DNA from: a virus
Lineage: Duplodnaviria; Heunggongvirae; Uroviricota; Caudoviricetes
DNA: 36,146 bases
Direction: 5' to 3' (one strand)
Virus record (IMG/VR): IMGVR_UViG_3300042870_001427
Location: 1-36,146 of that record
Position numbers and translations under genes: made by a program. Positions 15,910 through 24,310 of this stretch are shown piece by piece. The notes below the pieces were generated by a model, which was not told the DNA's origin, ran no database searches, and saw only the letters and a list, made by a program, of their open reading frames with translations. Each line of letters starts with the position of its first letter. Position 1 is the stretch's first letter.

Positions 15910-15916
15910 TATTTAG
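15910..15916 (-). promoter_or_regulatory. late promoter variant for the reverse-strand operon
   Basis: CTAAATA on - strand (TATTTAG on +), 76 nt upstream of ATG 15834. Confidence 0.5.
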
Positions 15917-15925
15917 GGTAATCAC

Positions 15926-16147
15926 ATGCTTAAAGTAAAGTCTCCTTCTGAAATTAACCGAATGATTAACGGTAGTAGTATTCCCGTGCACATATTAGTA
16001 CGATTCTTAAGAGACGCTCAGGCGGCCTTAGAATCTCGTAAGGAAGAAGACTCGGCCCTGCGATTTGAATGCTTTGCCGATTACTTAGAGCAAGATCATA
16101 AATCCGGTCAGACTCTTAAGTTCTCCCCTAGATCTATAGGAATGTAG
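15926..16147 (+). CDS. hypothetical protein
   Basis: 73 aa ORF downstream of sigma70 promoter, AGGG SD. Confidence 0.65.
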   Translation: MLKVKSPSEINRMINGSSIPVHILVRFLRDAQAALESRKEEDSALRFECFADYLEQDHKSGQTLKFSPRSIGM

Positions 16148-16154
16148 GGGTTTA

Positions 16155-16184
16155 CCTCTCTATAAATAGTAATTATTAGAGAGG
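16155..16184 (+). promoter_or_regulatory. late promoter inside SD-sequestering hairpin
   Basis: TATAAATA 16161-68; CCTCTCTA (16155-62)/TAGAGAGG (16177-84). Confidence 0.75.
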
Positions 16185-16188
16185 GTTT

Positions 16189-16911
16189 ATGAGCGCTGCG
16201 TCAGACAAGTATGAAAAGGATGTTGCTGCCAACATCAACAAGATACCAGGAGTGAAAGCCGAAAGGCCTTCCGTAGGTGTGGATTACCCTGATGTTAAAG
16301 TAACATTTAAAGGGGAAACAACGTGGGTTGAGGTAAAGATGAATCATACCGATAATCTATCTAATCCAAGAGTATACTATGAAGGTGGTAAGTGGCAAAC
16401 CACCTATACAACCCCGGCGGCCAAGGCAGCAGTAAAGATCTTAAATGAATCTCTCCAAACAGAAAAGTTTCTAAAAGACCTTGCTAAGTTCACCGGTATT
16501 CCATTAAAGAGTATAAAGATACCTACTACTAAAGGTGGATTGAAGGAGCCAGGTGCAGTACCCTTGGCAATCATGAAACAGTACTTTAACCAACCTAGTA
16601 TTAACAGGTACATTGCTAATAAAGAGAATGTCGATCTAGGTAAGGTAGTTACCGAACATTATACTTTAGGTAAGACAGCACCGGCTTACTACATGCAAGC
16701 TGGTGATGATTTTTATAGAATTTCTGATAAAGATCCTTTTAAACTGGGCGATAAAGTACCTCTCTTAAAAGGTAGAGGTGACTTTAAAGTTCGTATAGGT
16801 ACCAGATCGGAATTTTACGAAGTGCAAGCAGAAATAAAAATTACAGATATGCCTGATAGTAAATACTCAGTCAAGCCAGGCACCAATAAACTTAATCCAT
16901 TCACAAAATGA
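16189..16911 (+). CDS. PD-(D/E)xK nuclease-fold protein
   Basis: N-terminal helix YE, then YPDVKV...TWVEVKM. Confidence 0.65.
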   Translation: MSAASDKYEKDVAANINKIPGVKAERPSVGVDYPDVKVTFKGETTWVEVKMNHTDNLSNPRVYYEGGKWQTTYTTPAAKAAVKILNESLQTEKFLKDLAKFTGIPLKSIKIPTTKGGLKEPGAVPLAIMKQYFNQPSINRYIANKENVDLGKVVTEHYTLGKTAPAYYMQAGDDFYRISDKDPFKLGDKVPLLKGRGDFKVRIGTRSEFYEVQAEIKITDMPDSKYSVKPGTNKLNPFTK

Positions 16912-18095
16912 ACTTTCTATCCTTTCTAACTGAAGCAGCATCCGAAGAAAAACTTAAGCATTTAGAGCATGCAGAAGACCATGTTATTAATGCAGGTGAT
17001 AAGGGATTTGCTCATGCATTTCACAACCTTCAAGACGTGCATTCGCATTTGCACGGCAAGCACAACAACACCAAGATTACCACAAAGTACGATGGTTCGC
17101 CATCTGTAGTTTTTGGTCATCACCCAGAGACTGGTAAATTCTTTGTTGCTACTAAGTCAGCGTTCAATAAAGATCCTAAGATTAATTACAGCAGCAAAGA
17201 CATTGATGCCAATCACGGTAATGCACCAGGTCTAGCGACTAAATTAAAACACGCACTTAAACATCTACCTAAAATCTCTCCTGGTAAGGGTGTATATCAA
17301 GGTGACTTAATGCACTCAGGTGTAAAGTCAAAAGATAATCCAGAAGGTGATGTAGAGAGCCATGGTGGTAAATTTCACTTTAAACCTAATACTATATCTT
17401 ATTCCACCAAACATAAGACTGAAGAAGGTAAAAAAATAGAACATTCAAAGATAGGTATTGCCGTTCATACAGCATACGAAGGTAAGCATTTTGATTCAAT
17501 GAAAGCAAGATATGCACCTGATCTATCCCACTTTAAAAAACATCCTGACGTTCATAATATCGATACACAAGATGACGTGCATCACGCCAAGATGACCCCT
17601 GAACAGCACGATACCTATACCAAACATATTCATGCTGCAACAAAGACATTTAATGAGACTCCAAAAGAGGCACATAAAGCAATCGAAGGTCATCAAGAGC
17701 ATTTAAAGACATATATTAATAGTACCGTTCGCGATAATTCTACACCAACGACTAAAGGGTATGCCGATCATCTTAAACAAAAACACCTTAAAGAAATAGG
17801 TAAAGTTAAGACTGAAAAGACTATTAATCAGAAAAAAGAAAACATGAATAATGATCTTAGTCATGTTGAGAAAAATAAAGAGCATTTTTCAAGCGTTTTA
17901 AAAATGCATCATCACCTTGAGCATGCTAAGAATCAATTAGTTCACGCACTTTCTGCAAAACCAAAATTTGATCATCACATAGCAGGTGTTGCCACAAAAC
18001 CTGAAGGTTATGTAGTAGTTAGAAATAACCGTCCAACTAAACTAGTTGATAGAGCAGAATTTAGTAGAGCTAACTTCCTTAAGAACGCGAAATAA
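16908..18095 (+). CDS. His-rich ATP-dependent ligase/capping-fold nucleotidyltransferase (DUF6267-like), probable internal virion protein
   Basis: Motif I KYDGS, Ia FFVATK, III YQGDL, IV PEGYVV, V TKLV; N-terminus MNFLSFLTE resembles a T4 capsid-targeting sequence. Confidence 0.65.
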   Translation: MNFLSFLTEAASEEKLKHLEHAEDHVINAGDKGFAHAFHNLQDVHSHLHGKHNNTKITTKYDGSPSVVFGHHPETGKFFVATKSAFNKDPKINYSSKDIDANHGNAPGLATKLKHALKHLPKISPGKGVYQGDLMHSGVKSKDNPEGDVESHGGKFHFKPNTISYSTKHKTEEGKKIEHSKIGIAVHTAYEGKHFDSMKARYAPDLSHFKKHPDVHNIDTQDDVHHAKMTPEQHDTYTKHIHAATKTFNETPKEAHKAIEGHQEHLKTYINSTVRDNSTPTTKGYADHLKQKHLKEIGKVKTEKTINQKKENMNNDLSHVEKNKEHFSSVLKMHHHLEHAKNQLVHALSAKPKFDHHIAGVATKPEGYVVVRNNRPTKLVDRAEFSRANFLKNAK

Positions 18096-18111
18096 TATAA
18101 AACGTAGATTA

Positions 18112-18136
18112 CCTAAATATTCTATCAAATTTTAGG
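18112..18136 (+). promoter_or_regulatory. late promoter variant inside SD-sequestering hairpin
   Basis: CTAAATA 18113-19; CCTAAA/TTTAGG. Confidence 0.55.
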
Positions 18137-18144
18137 ATTTAACC

Positions 18145-19734
18145 ATGCCACTAGACGATTATGTTTCAACATCAGCCCCTGTAAGCCAGTCGGCAACCCG
18201 CGCATTACCGCAACAAGGTAAGAAAAAAGCGTCTAAAAATTCGGTTAAAGATGAGATAATTGTAAATCCAAAAGATACACAAATAGTTCAAGAGGCCGCC
18301 GAAAAGCATTATGTAATGGCTTTTGGTCGTATGAATCCTATTACTTCCGGCCACGAGGCTGTAGTCCAGAAGATTCACGATGTTGCAAAAGAACATAATG
18401 CCGGGCACACACTGATTGTATCTCATTCACAGGATGCAAAAAAGAATCCGCTTTCAGCCGAACAAAAAGTAAAGCATGCATCACGCGCCTTTCCTGATAC
18501 TAACGTAAAGGCAGCCAGTAAGGATGCACCAACCATTTTACACCATGCCGCCCAACTTCATAAACAGGGTGTAAAGCACCTTCATGTAGTGGCTGGGTCG
18601 GACAGACAAGATGAGATGAACACCCTGCTACACAAGTATAACACCGGTGAAAAGCATGGTCATGGCGCCTATCATTTTAAATCTATTACCGTGCATTCAT
18701 CAGGTGAAAGAGACCCTGACGCCGAAGGCACAAAAGGAATGTCTGCTAGTAAGATGCGCGAACATGCATCATCAGGCAATAAAAAAGAATTTCATAAAGG
18801 TGCACCTTCAAAAATGAGTAATGAGCATAAAGATGAAATGTACCAAGATGTAAGAAAAGGCATGGGATTACACGAGAGTGTGGATCTTGAGGAACGAGTA
18901 GTCTCTCAACAGCAGCGTCGTGCAAGAGGGGTGCTAATGAGACGCATGCAATCTCGTCTTACCCGTGCACGTAATATTATGAAAACTAAGACCGCAAATC
19001 CAGCCCAGTTAACAAGACGTGCATACAAACAGGCTAAACAGAATTTACGTAGAAGATTTGCCGGTTCAAGAGGAATTGAATATCAACATCTAGGCCCATC
19101 GGGTAAGGTAGCAGTAGATACTCAAATAGATCCCAAAGTAAAAAATATTAAGGCGCTGGTACAACGTATCATGCCTAGAATTAAACAATCTGATTTTAGA
19201 CGCTTACAGGCTACAAGATCAGGTAAGGCATATCATTCTAATCCTATGCAGTTTAATTCGGTTGAATTAGACATTAAGAAATTCAATAAGCTTTATGAGG
19301 CGGCATTTAAAGATAAGGTAGGTAACTCCGATCCAGGCGAACATCAAGCCAATGTATTAAAGTTAAAAGCCCAAGTAAAGAAAATTGAAGGTAAGAAACC
19401 AAAGACAGTTTGGAATCCTGAGACTCGTAGATATAAAGTAGTGTATGAAGAAGTTCAAGCACCTAAACTATTAGATTTAAACGAGAGTTTTGGTACTTTT
19501 TATACTGCTAAGGATTTAGGTATAGTAGCAGAGGGTGGATTTGCAATGCACCCCTCTGTTCAAAGTCAGTTAGATGAGGATGCAGCCGGTCACTTAATAC
19601 AAGCCTCTGTCATGCAAAGAACGGGCAAACTACAAAAAGCCTCCCAGCATAGAAAAATAGCAGCGGCATTGCAAAGAGGTGATGCTACAGGCGCAAAAGC
19701 ATTAAAAACTGAATTAGGTACTCTGAAGGATTAA
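18145..19734 (+). CDS. cytidylyltransferase-like (HIGH family) nucleotidyltransferase with additional domains
   Basis: FGRMNPITSGH (T/HxGH), KKNPLS, VAGSDR, MSASKMR; followed by an Arg-rich helical domain and short modules. Confidence 0.85.
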   Translation: MPLDDYVSTSAPVSQSATRALPQQGKKKASKNSVKDEIIVNPKDTQIVQEAAEKHYVMAFGRMNPITSGHEAVVQKIHDVAKEHNAGHTLIVSHSQDAKKNPLSAEQKVKHASRAFPDTNVKAASKDAPTILHHAAQLHKQGVKHLHVVAGSDRQDEMNTLLHKYNTGEKHGHGAYHFKSITVHSSGERDPDAEGTKGMSASKMREHASSGNKKEFHKGAPSKMSNEHKDEMYQDVRKGMGLHESVDLEERVVSQQQRRARGVLMRRMQSRLTRARNIMKTKTANPAQLTRRAYKQAKQNLRRRFAGSRGIEYQHLGPSGKVAVDTQIDPKVKNIKALVQRIMPRIKQSDFRRLQATRSGKAYHSNPMQFNSVELDIKKFNKLYEAAFKDKVGNSDPGEHQANVLKLKAQVKKIEGKKPKTVWNPETRRYKVVYEEVQAPKLLDLNESFGTFYTAKDLGIVAEGGFAMHPSVQSQLDEDAAGHLIQASVMQRTGKLQKASQHRKIAAALQRGDATGAKALKTELGTLKD

Positions 19735-19735
19735 C

Positions 19736-20173
19736 ATGGATGAATTAATTAATAGAATGAACAGGCTGTTGGCAGACAGCTATCAAATTTACCTTAAAGC
19801 TCATTTCTTTCATTGGAATGTTACTGGCCCTAATTTCCCTCAGTACCACGAGTTCTTAGGCAATTTTTACGAAGAGGTTTATGGTAGTATAGACCCTATT
19901 GCCGAATTCATTAGAACACTGGATGGTACACCTCAAAATTCACCCAGCATGTTAAAGCAGAACTCGACTGTTGTTGAAACTAATGAAGTTAGAAGTGCAG
20001 GGGAAATGATGGATGAACTTCTTTTTGATACCGGTATTGCAGTCAAGGATATTATGCTTGCAATGGAAATGGCAGACAAATTTAATGAAGTTGGTCTTTC
20101 TAATTACCTTCAAGAAAGACATGCTGCATTCAAGAAGCATGCCTGGATGCTAAAATCTATTCAAAAGAAATAA
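19736..20173 (+). CDS. dps: Dps family DNA-protection/ferritin-like protein
   Basis: KAHFFHWNVTGPNFPQYHEFL...IDPIAEFIR ferroxidase signature; C-terminal KHAWML. Confidence 0.92.
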   Translation: MDELINRMNRLLADSYQIYLKAHFFHWNVTGPNFPQYHEFLGNFYEEVYGSIDPIAEFIRTLDGTPQNSPSMLKQNSTVVETNEVRSAGEMMDELLFDTGIAVKDIMLAMEMADKFNEVGLSNYLQERHAAFKKHAWMLKSIQKK

Positions 20174-20174
20174 A

Positions 20175-20795
20175 ATGAAATTCAAGACTCTTGAACGCGT
20201 AATTAGAGATGTTGCTTGCGGCCTTAGAGGCAGTAGTAAGTACATTACAATGGAGCATGCTATTAGAAACGTAATGGAGAAGAAGTCTAATTACGTTGAG
20301 ACTGACCCTAACGATCAGATAGTTGCCGGTACTTACAAGACAAAGAGTTTTGAGCAAAGCCCAGAAGCACAAAAACTATACTCCAGTCTCCCTAAAAACA
20401 TAGACCCCGAGGCTATTGAGCAGTCTGCTATTCTTCACGACAAACTATTTGACCTTCATAAGAATGCAGTATCGTCTGGCAGATCAACAGATGAAAATAT
20501 GAAAACTGCCAATGAGTTATCAAATAAGATCAAAAGTATTGCAAAGTCTCTAAACCTTGAAAAAGAGCACGGATACATAGACAGGATAGTAAGTGATATC
20601 AACACACATCTAGATACCTCAGGTAACATTATGGATGCCGATAAGCTGGATGTAGAAAAAATTGCCGGTAGGTTTGCATCACCCGCTAAAGAGCAAACTA
20701 AAGAGAAGAAAGATAATGACATCGATAATTCAAGATTTGCTATTTCAAGAAGTATCAAGGGTCAACGTAAAATAAAAATTATAGATGCAGACTAA
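20175..20795 (+). CDS. hypothetical protein (late cluster)
   Basis: 206 aa ORF, tightly packed; C-terminal QRKIKIID. Confidence 0.75.
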   Translation: MKFKTLERVIRDVACGLRGSSKYITMEHAIRNVMEKKSNYVETDPNDQIVAGTYKTKSFEQSPEAQKLYSSLPKNIDPEAIEQSAILHDKLFDLHKNAVSSGRSTDENMKTANELSNKIKSIAKSLNLEKEHGYIDRIVSDINTHLDTSGNIMDADKLDVEKIAGRFASPAKEQTKEKKDNDIDNSRFAISRSIKGQRKIKIIDAD

Positions 20796-20804
20796 GGAGC
20801 AACC

Positions 20805-21290
20805 ATGTTAAGATCAGAAAACAATCCCAAAGTTCTGGCCGCAATTACAGAGATTGTAAAAGGCAACAGAACTACAGCTGAGCCTCAGGCAACAAAGGTA
20901 AGTGAGGCACTTGCCTCCCGCTATTCTACCTTTAAACCTGTTGTAGAGCAAAAGCCAGTTGCGTTACAAGAAGAACTATCTCCAAAGCAAAAGAAGCATA
21001 TAGACAAGAATAAAAATGGCAAGATTGATGCTCATGACTTTAAGTTGATTCGTAAAGAAGAAAAAGATACCCCTGGTAACAGCTATAAACATCAGTGTGC
21101 AATCCACGTCAAATCAGAGCAATTTGGTGAAGGCCGTACATTGACAAGCCAACACGCCGAACCTGACGAACACGGTAACATTGCATGGTACGATGTTATG
21201 TTTGAGCACGGTATTGAAAAGCAGGTCTCCACAGATGAGTTGGAAGTCCTTATGTCCGAGAGTCACGGTAATCACAAAAAGAAAGCCTAA
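20805..21290 (+). CDS. modular protein with EF-hand-like loop, probable head protein
   Basis: AAGGAG SD; DKNKNGKIDAHD loop after LQE-E; second small beta domain (FGEG...WYDVMFEHG). Confidence 0.7.
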   Translation: MLRSENNPKVLAAITEIVKGNRTTAEPQATKVSEALASRYSTFKPVVEQKPVALQEELSPKQKKHIDKNKNGKIDAHDFKLIRKEEKDTPGNSYKHQCAIHVKSEQFGEGRTLTSQHAEPDEHGNIAWYDVMFEHGIEKQVSTDELEVLMSESHGNHKKKA

Positions 21291-21291
21291 T

Positions 21292-21657
21292 ATGAAGTCA
21301 ATTAAAGAAATTTTTGAAGAAGGACGTGGTCGTCCTCGTAAAAATCCACTACCTGCATCAAAAGAAAATGATGAGTACGGTGCTGGTAATGGCAAGGAGC
21401 CAGATCAACATATTCACGTTCAGTTAAAGACTGCAGCAGATATGTCCCATCACGAGGTAAAAGGCAAGGATGGCTTCAAGACCAAAGGTGGTACTGATGT
21501 TAAATTTGAAGGTGGAACCCATTTTGTACATGCTGATCATGCTAAAAAAGTATTATCTGCTCTAGACAAACTCAAACCAGCCGATCGCGAAAAAATGCAT
21601 GCCCATATCCAGCAATCCCATGCTAACTTTATGGCCGTTCATAAGTTAGTCAGCTGA
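21292..21657 (+). CDS. AT-hook, His-rich probable internal head protein
   Basis: ATG 21292 gives MKSIKEIFEE (CTS-like) followed immediately by GRGRPRK AT-hook. Confidence 0.7.
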   Translation: MKSIKEIFEEGRGRPRKNPLPASKENDEYGAGNGKEPDQHIHVQLKTAADMSHHEVKGKDGFKTKGGTDVKFEGGTHFVHADHAKKVLSALDKLKPADREKMHAHIQQSHANFMAVHKLVS

Positions 21658-21668
21658 TATTAGTTAAC

Positions 21669-21675
21669 CTAAATA
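21669..21675 (+). promoter_or_regulatory. late promoter variant
   Basis: Intergenic CTAAATA upstream of structural gene with AAGGAGG SD. Confidence 0.6.
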
Positions 21676-21703
21676 AAATAACAATAATCCTAAGGAGGAA
21701 AAC

Positions 21704-22552
21704 ATGTCACAATGGGGAACAAGTGACGCTGCTTCTAACAGCGTCTTATGGGCACCAACATCAGTAAATTTGGCGCCAACTAGAACTAATGCTAATAACC
21801 TGTATACTAATACAACACCAGATGCCTTTGTCTCTGGGGAAGCTATAGGTGTTTTTGCTATTGATAGTACAGAAGAGGCTGCAGCAACAGCCAGACTAGC
21901 TGTATTAAGAGTAGTTTCTGCAGGTTCAGGTTATGCTGCAAATGCTACACTGACTTTTTCTGCTAACAACACCGGTACTGGTGCAGCAGGTAATACAACT
22001 GCTAATACTGCAACAGGAAGAATTCAAGTCGCAACCGTTTCTTCAAACGGCTCTGGCTACACAACAAACCCTACAGTTACAGTATCTGCTCCAGCCGCAG
22101 TTAACATCACTGCCAATACAGCTGGTGTTAGTAATACTGCCGATGTTATCTTAATGGGCACTGCAAATAGCAAGTTCCTAGTCGGTGACAGAGTATACTA
22201 CACAGTACCTACTGGTAACACAGCAATTCCTAATTTGACTGGTAACTCATTCTACTTCGTCTCTTTCTCCAACACTACGTCCCTTGCTCTTTCTGAAACA
22301 AAGAATGGCGCAAATATTGATATTGCTGAGACAAGAACAACTGCAACAGGTCAAGTTCACACTATTACAGGTGAGACAGCTGTAGTACAGGCCGTTGTTG
22401 GTGGTACTAAAAATCGCGGTATTGCGCATACCGGATGGGTTATGAGAACAGAAGGTTCTGGTGGTCGTGCTGGTCGCGTTCAATATGAAGTTCTAGTTGC
22501 CGGTGGTATTACAACCGACGGCTCTGACGATCAGTTCATTCACGACGCGTAA
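21704..22552 (+). CDS. virion structural protein
   Basis: MSQWG N-terminus, GSGY repeats, T/A/G/N-rich, C-terminal HTGWV...GRAGRVQYEVLVA; strong SD and late promoter. Confidence 0.7.
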   Translation: MSQWGTSDAASNSVLWAPTSVNLAPTRTNANNLYTNTTPDAFVSGEAIGVFAIDSTEEAAATARLAVLRVVSAGSGYAANATLTFSANNTGTGAAGNTTANTATGRIQVATVSSNGSGYTTNPTVTVSAPAAVNITANTAGVSNTADVILMGTANSKFLVGDRVYYTVPTGNTAIPNLTGNSFYFVSFSNTTSLALSETKNGANIDIAETRTTATGQVHTITGETAVVQAVVGGTKNRGIAHTGWVMRTEGSGGRAGRVQYEVLVAGGITTDGSDDQFIHDA

Positions 22553-22556
22553 TTAA

Positions 22557-23909
22557 ATGACAGATCGCGCTAAAAAGATATCAGAACTAGATAGCATTAC
22601 CAGTGCTACGGCCAATGACTTAATCGTCATTGTAAACCAGCCTGGTACTGCTAACGTGGCTACAAAGAAAATTACAGTTGCTAATTTTCTTGCCAACTCT
22701 ATTTCTACTTTGTCAGGATTGGCTGTCTCTAATACAGCCAACATTGTTAATCTGAACGTCACAAATAACGCGGTCATAAGCAATACAACAATTACATCTG
22801 CAAATGTAATTACACTTCGTATATCAACAGGTACAGCAAACGTACTTACTGTAACAACGGCTAACGTTAACACATTGACTGTTAACTCAATTACAGCTAA
22901 TTCGTTTAATTTCTTAAGTACCAATTATACAAACGTAGTATCTGATTACATTACAGCCACCCAGGCTACTCTCAGTACTGCAACATCTGTTACCTTTTCA
23001 ACCAATACGTTTACTGCTATCAGCAATGCAACGTTTGGTAACAGTTCAGTTAATACCTTTATAACCCCGACCCTGGTTAAGACTGCAGTTGCTAACGTAT
23101 CGTCAAGTATTAATGTTGGCGCAAACGTTAACCTATCTACCACATACATTAATGTTGGTAACAGTACTGTTAATACCTACATTACTTCGGGTGCAATTGA
23201 TACTGATGGGACATTAGCTGTCTTAGGTGCTGCCACTTTCTCCAATACTGTTAATATTACAGGATTGTTAACTGGTAGTAATGCAAGCATCTCAGGTACT
23301 GCAAACGTTGGTTCAGTTATTAACGTAGGTGCAAATTCCTTTGTTAATACTACTGCCCACTTCGTAGGTAATTCAACGTCGAATTCATCGGTTAATTCTA
23401 CAGCTATTTTTACCAGCGGAATATTACAAGCCCAGGGTAATACTACCTTATACAGCAATACCGGTATCGGTGGTATACTAACGGTATCTAATAACTTCTC
23501 AGTTACAGGTACGGCCACGTTCTCTGGGGGTACAGTTTCTACTACCTCCAATACTACCCTATCAGTCAGCGGTATGATTACCGCAGCAAATAACTTAACT
23601 GTTATTGGATATGCAAACGTTACAAGTTATATTTACGTTGGTTCTAATACCTACATTAATACAACTGCCGTACAGGTTGGTAACTCAACTGTAGGCTTCA
23701 CCGCCAACAGTACTACTGTATCACTGGCAAATGTTACTATATTTACAGGATCGGCAAATACAAGAACAGATGTACTATCACAGGTGGGTAATACAAGCTC
23801 TAACGGCTCAATGTACTTAAGTACAGCCGGTAAGATGTATTTAAAGGTAAATTCAACCGGAGTTTCATCCGTAGACTGGCAAAAGGTTACAACGTCAGCA
23901 GCTGATTAA
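22557..23909 (+). CDS. fibre-like low-complexity structural protein
   Basis: KKISEL...TKKITV N-terminal attachment-like motif; N/T/S/V-rich body with repeated I(N/Y)VG.N....TT...VGNST. Confidence 0.7.
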   Translation: MTDRAKKISELDSITSATANDLIVIVNQPGTANVATKKITVANFLANSISTLSGLAVSNTANIVNLNVTNNAVISNTTITSANVITLRISTGTANVLTVTTANVNTLTVNSITANSFNFLSTNYTNVVSDYITATQATLSTATSVTFSTNTFTAISNATFGNSSVNTFITPTLVKTAVANVSSSINVGANVNLSTTYINVGNSTVNTYITSGAIDTDGTLAVLGAATFSNTVNITGLLTGSNASISGTANVGSVINVGANSFVNTTAHFVGNSTSNSSVNSTAIFTSGILQAQGNTTLYSNTGIGGILTVSNNFSVTGTATFSGGTVSTTSNTTLSVSGMITAANNLTVIGYANVTSYIYVGSNTYINTTAVQVGNSTVGFTANSTTVSLANVTIFTGSANTRTDVLSQVGNTSSNGSMYLSTAGKMYLKVNSTGVSSVDWQKVTTSAAD

Positions 23910-23914
23910 TTTTT

Positions 23915-24310
23915 ATGCATAATGATCAAATTGATGAAACTAACTTTATGTTGTATGCCGCAAAACATTACGATAACCCGTCTTGTTTTGATACGTTAGA
24001 GTTTTATGAGGACCTTAACAGGTTTAAGTATATAAAGAGACTTCTCAGTCGGTACGAGGAGACTGGGGAGCTTAAAGAAAGGCTAATTCTTAACCACATA
24101 ATTATTCTGTATAATTTATTTGGTGTAAGTGCAACAACCAGAATGCTTTTCTTCAAGCTCAAAGGGTACCACCATTACATAATTCCATTCTTGGGATTAT
24201 TAAACTTTCTTCCTGAAAAGGTTACTGGTATAGGTTTAGAGGGAAAGACTTACATTACCTCAGACATTATACCTGACCCCGGAGTTGAAACAGCCTTAAA
24301 GAACATATAA
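23915..24310 (+). CDS. conserved T4-like phage hypothetical protein
   Basis: NFMLYAAKHYDNPSC...EFYEDL.RFKYIKRL...ERLILNH pattern recalled from T4-like aquatic phages. Confidence 0.75.
   Translation: MHNDQIDETNFMLYAAKHYDNPSCFDTLEFYEDLNRFKYIKRLLSRYEETGELKERLILNHIIILYNLFGVSATTRMLFFKLKGYHHYIIPFLGLLNFLPEKVTGIGLEGKTYITSDIIPDPGVETALKNI

Noticed and set aside
16189-16911. Restriction-modification system
   Set aside because: No methyltransferase in the window; the nuclease fold alone is insufficient
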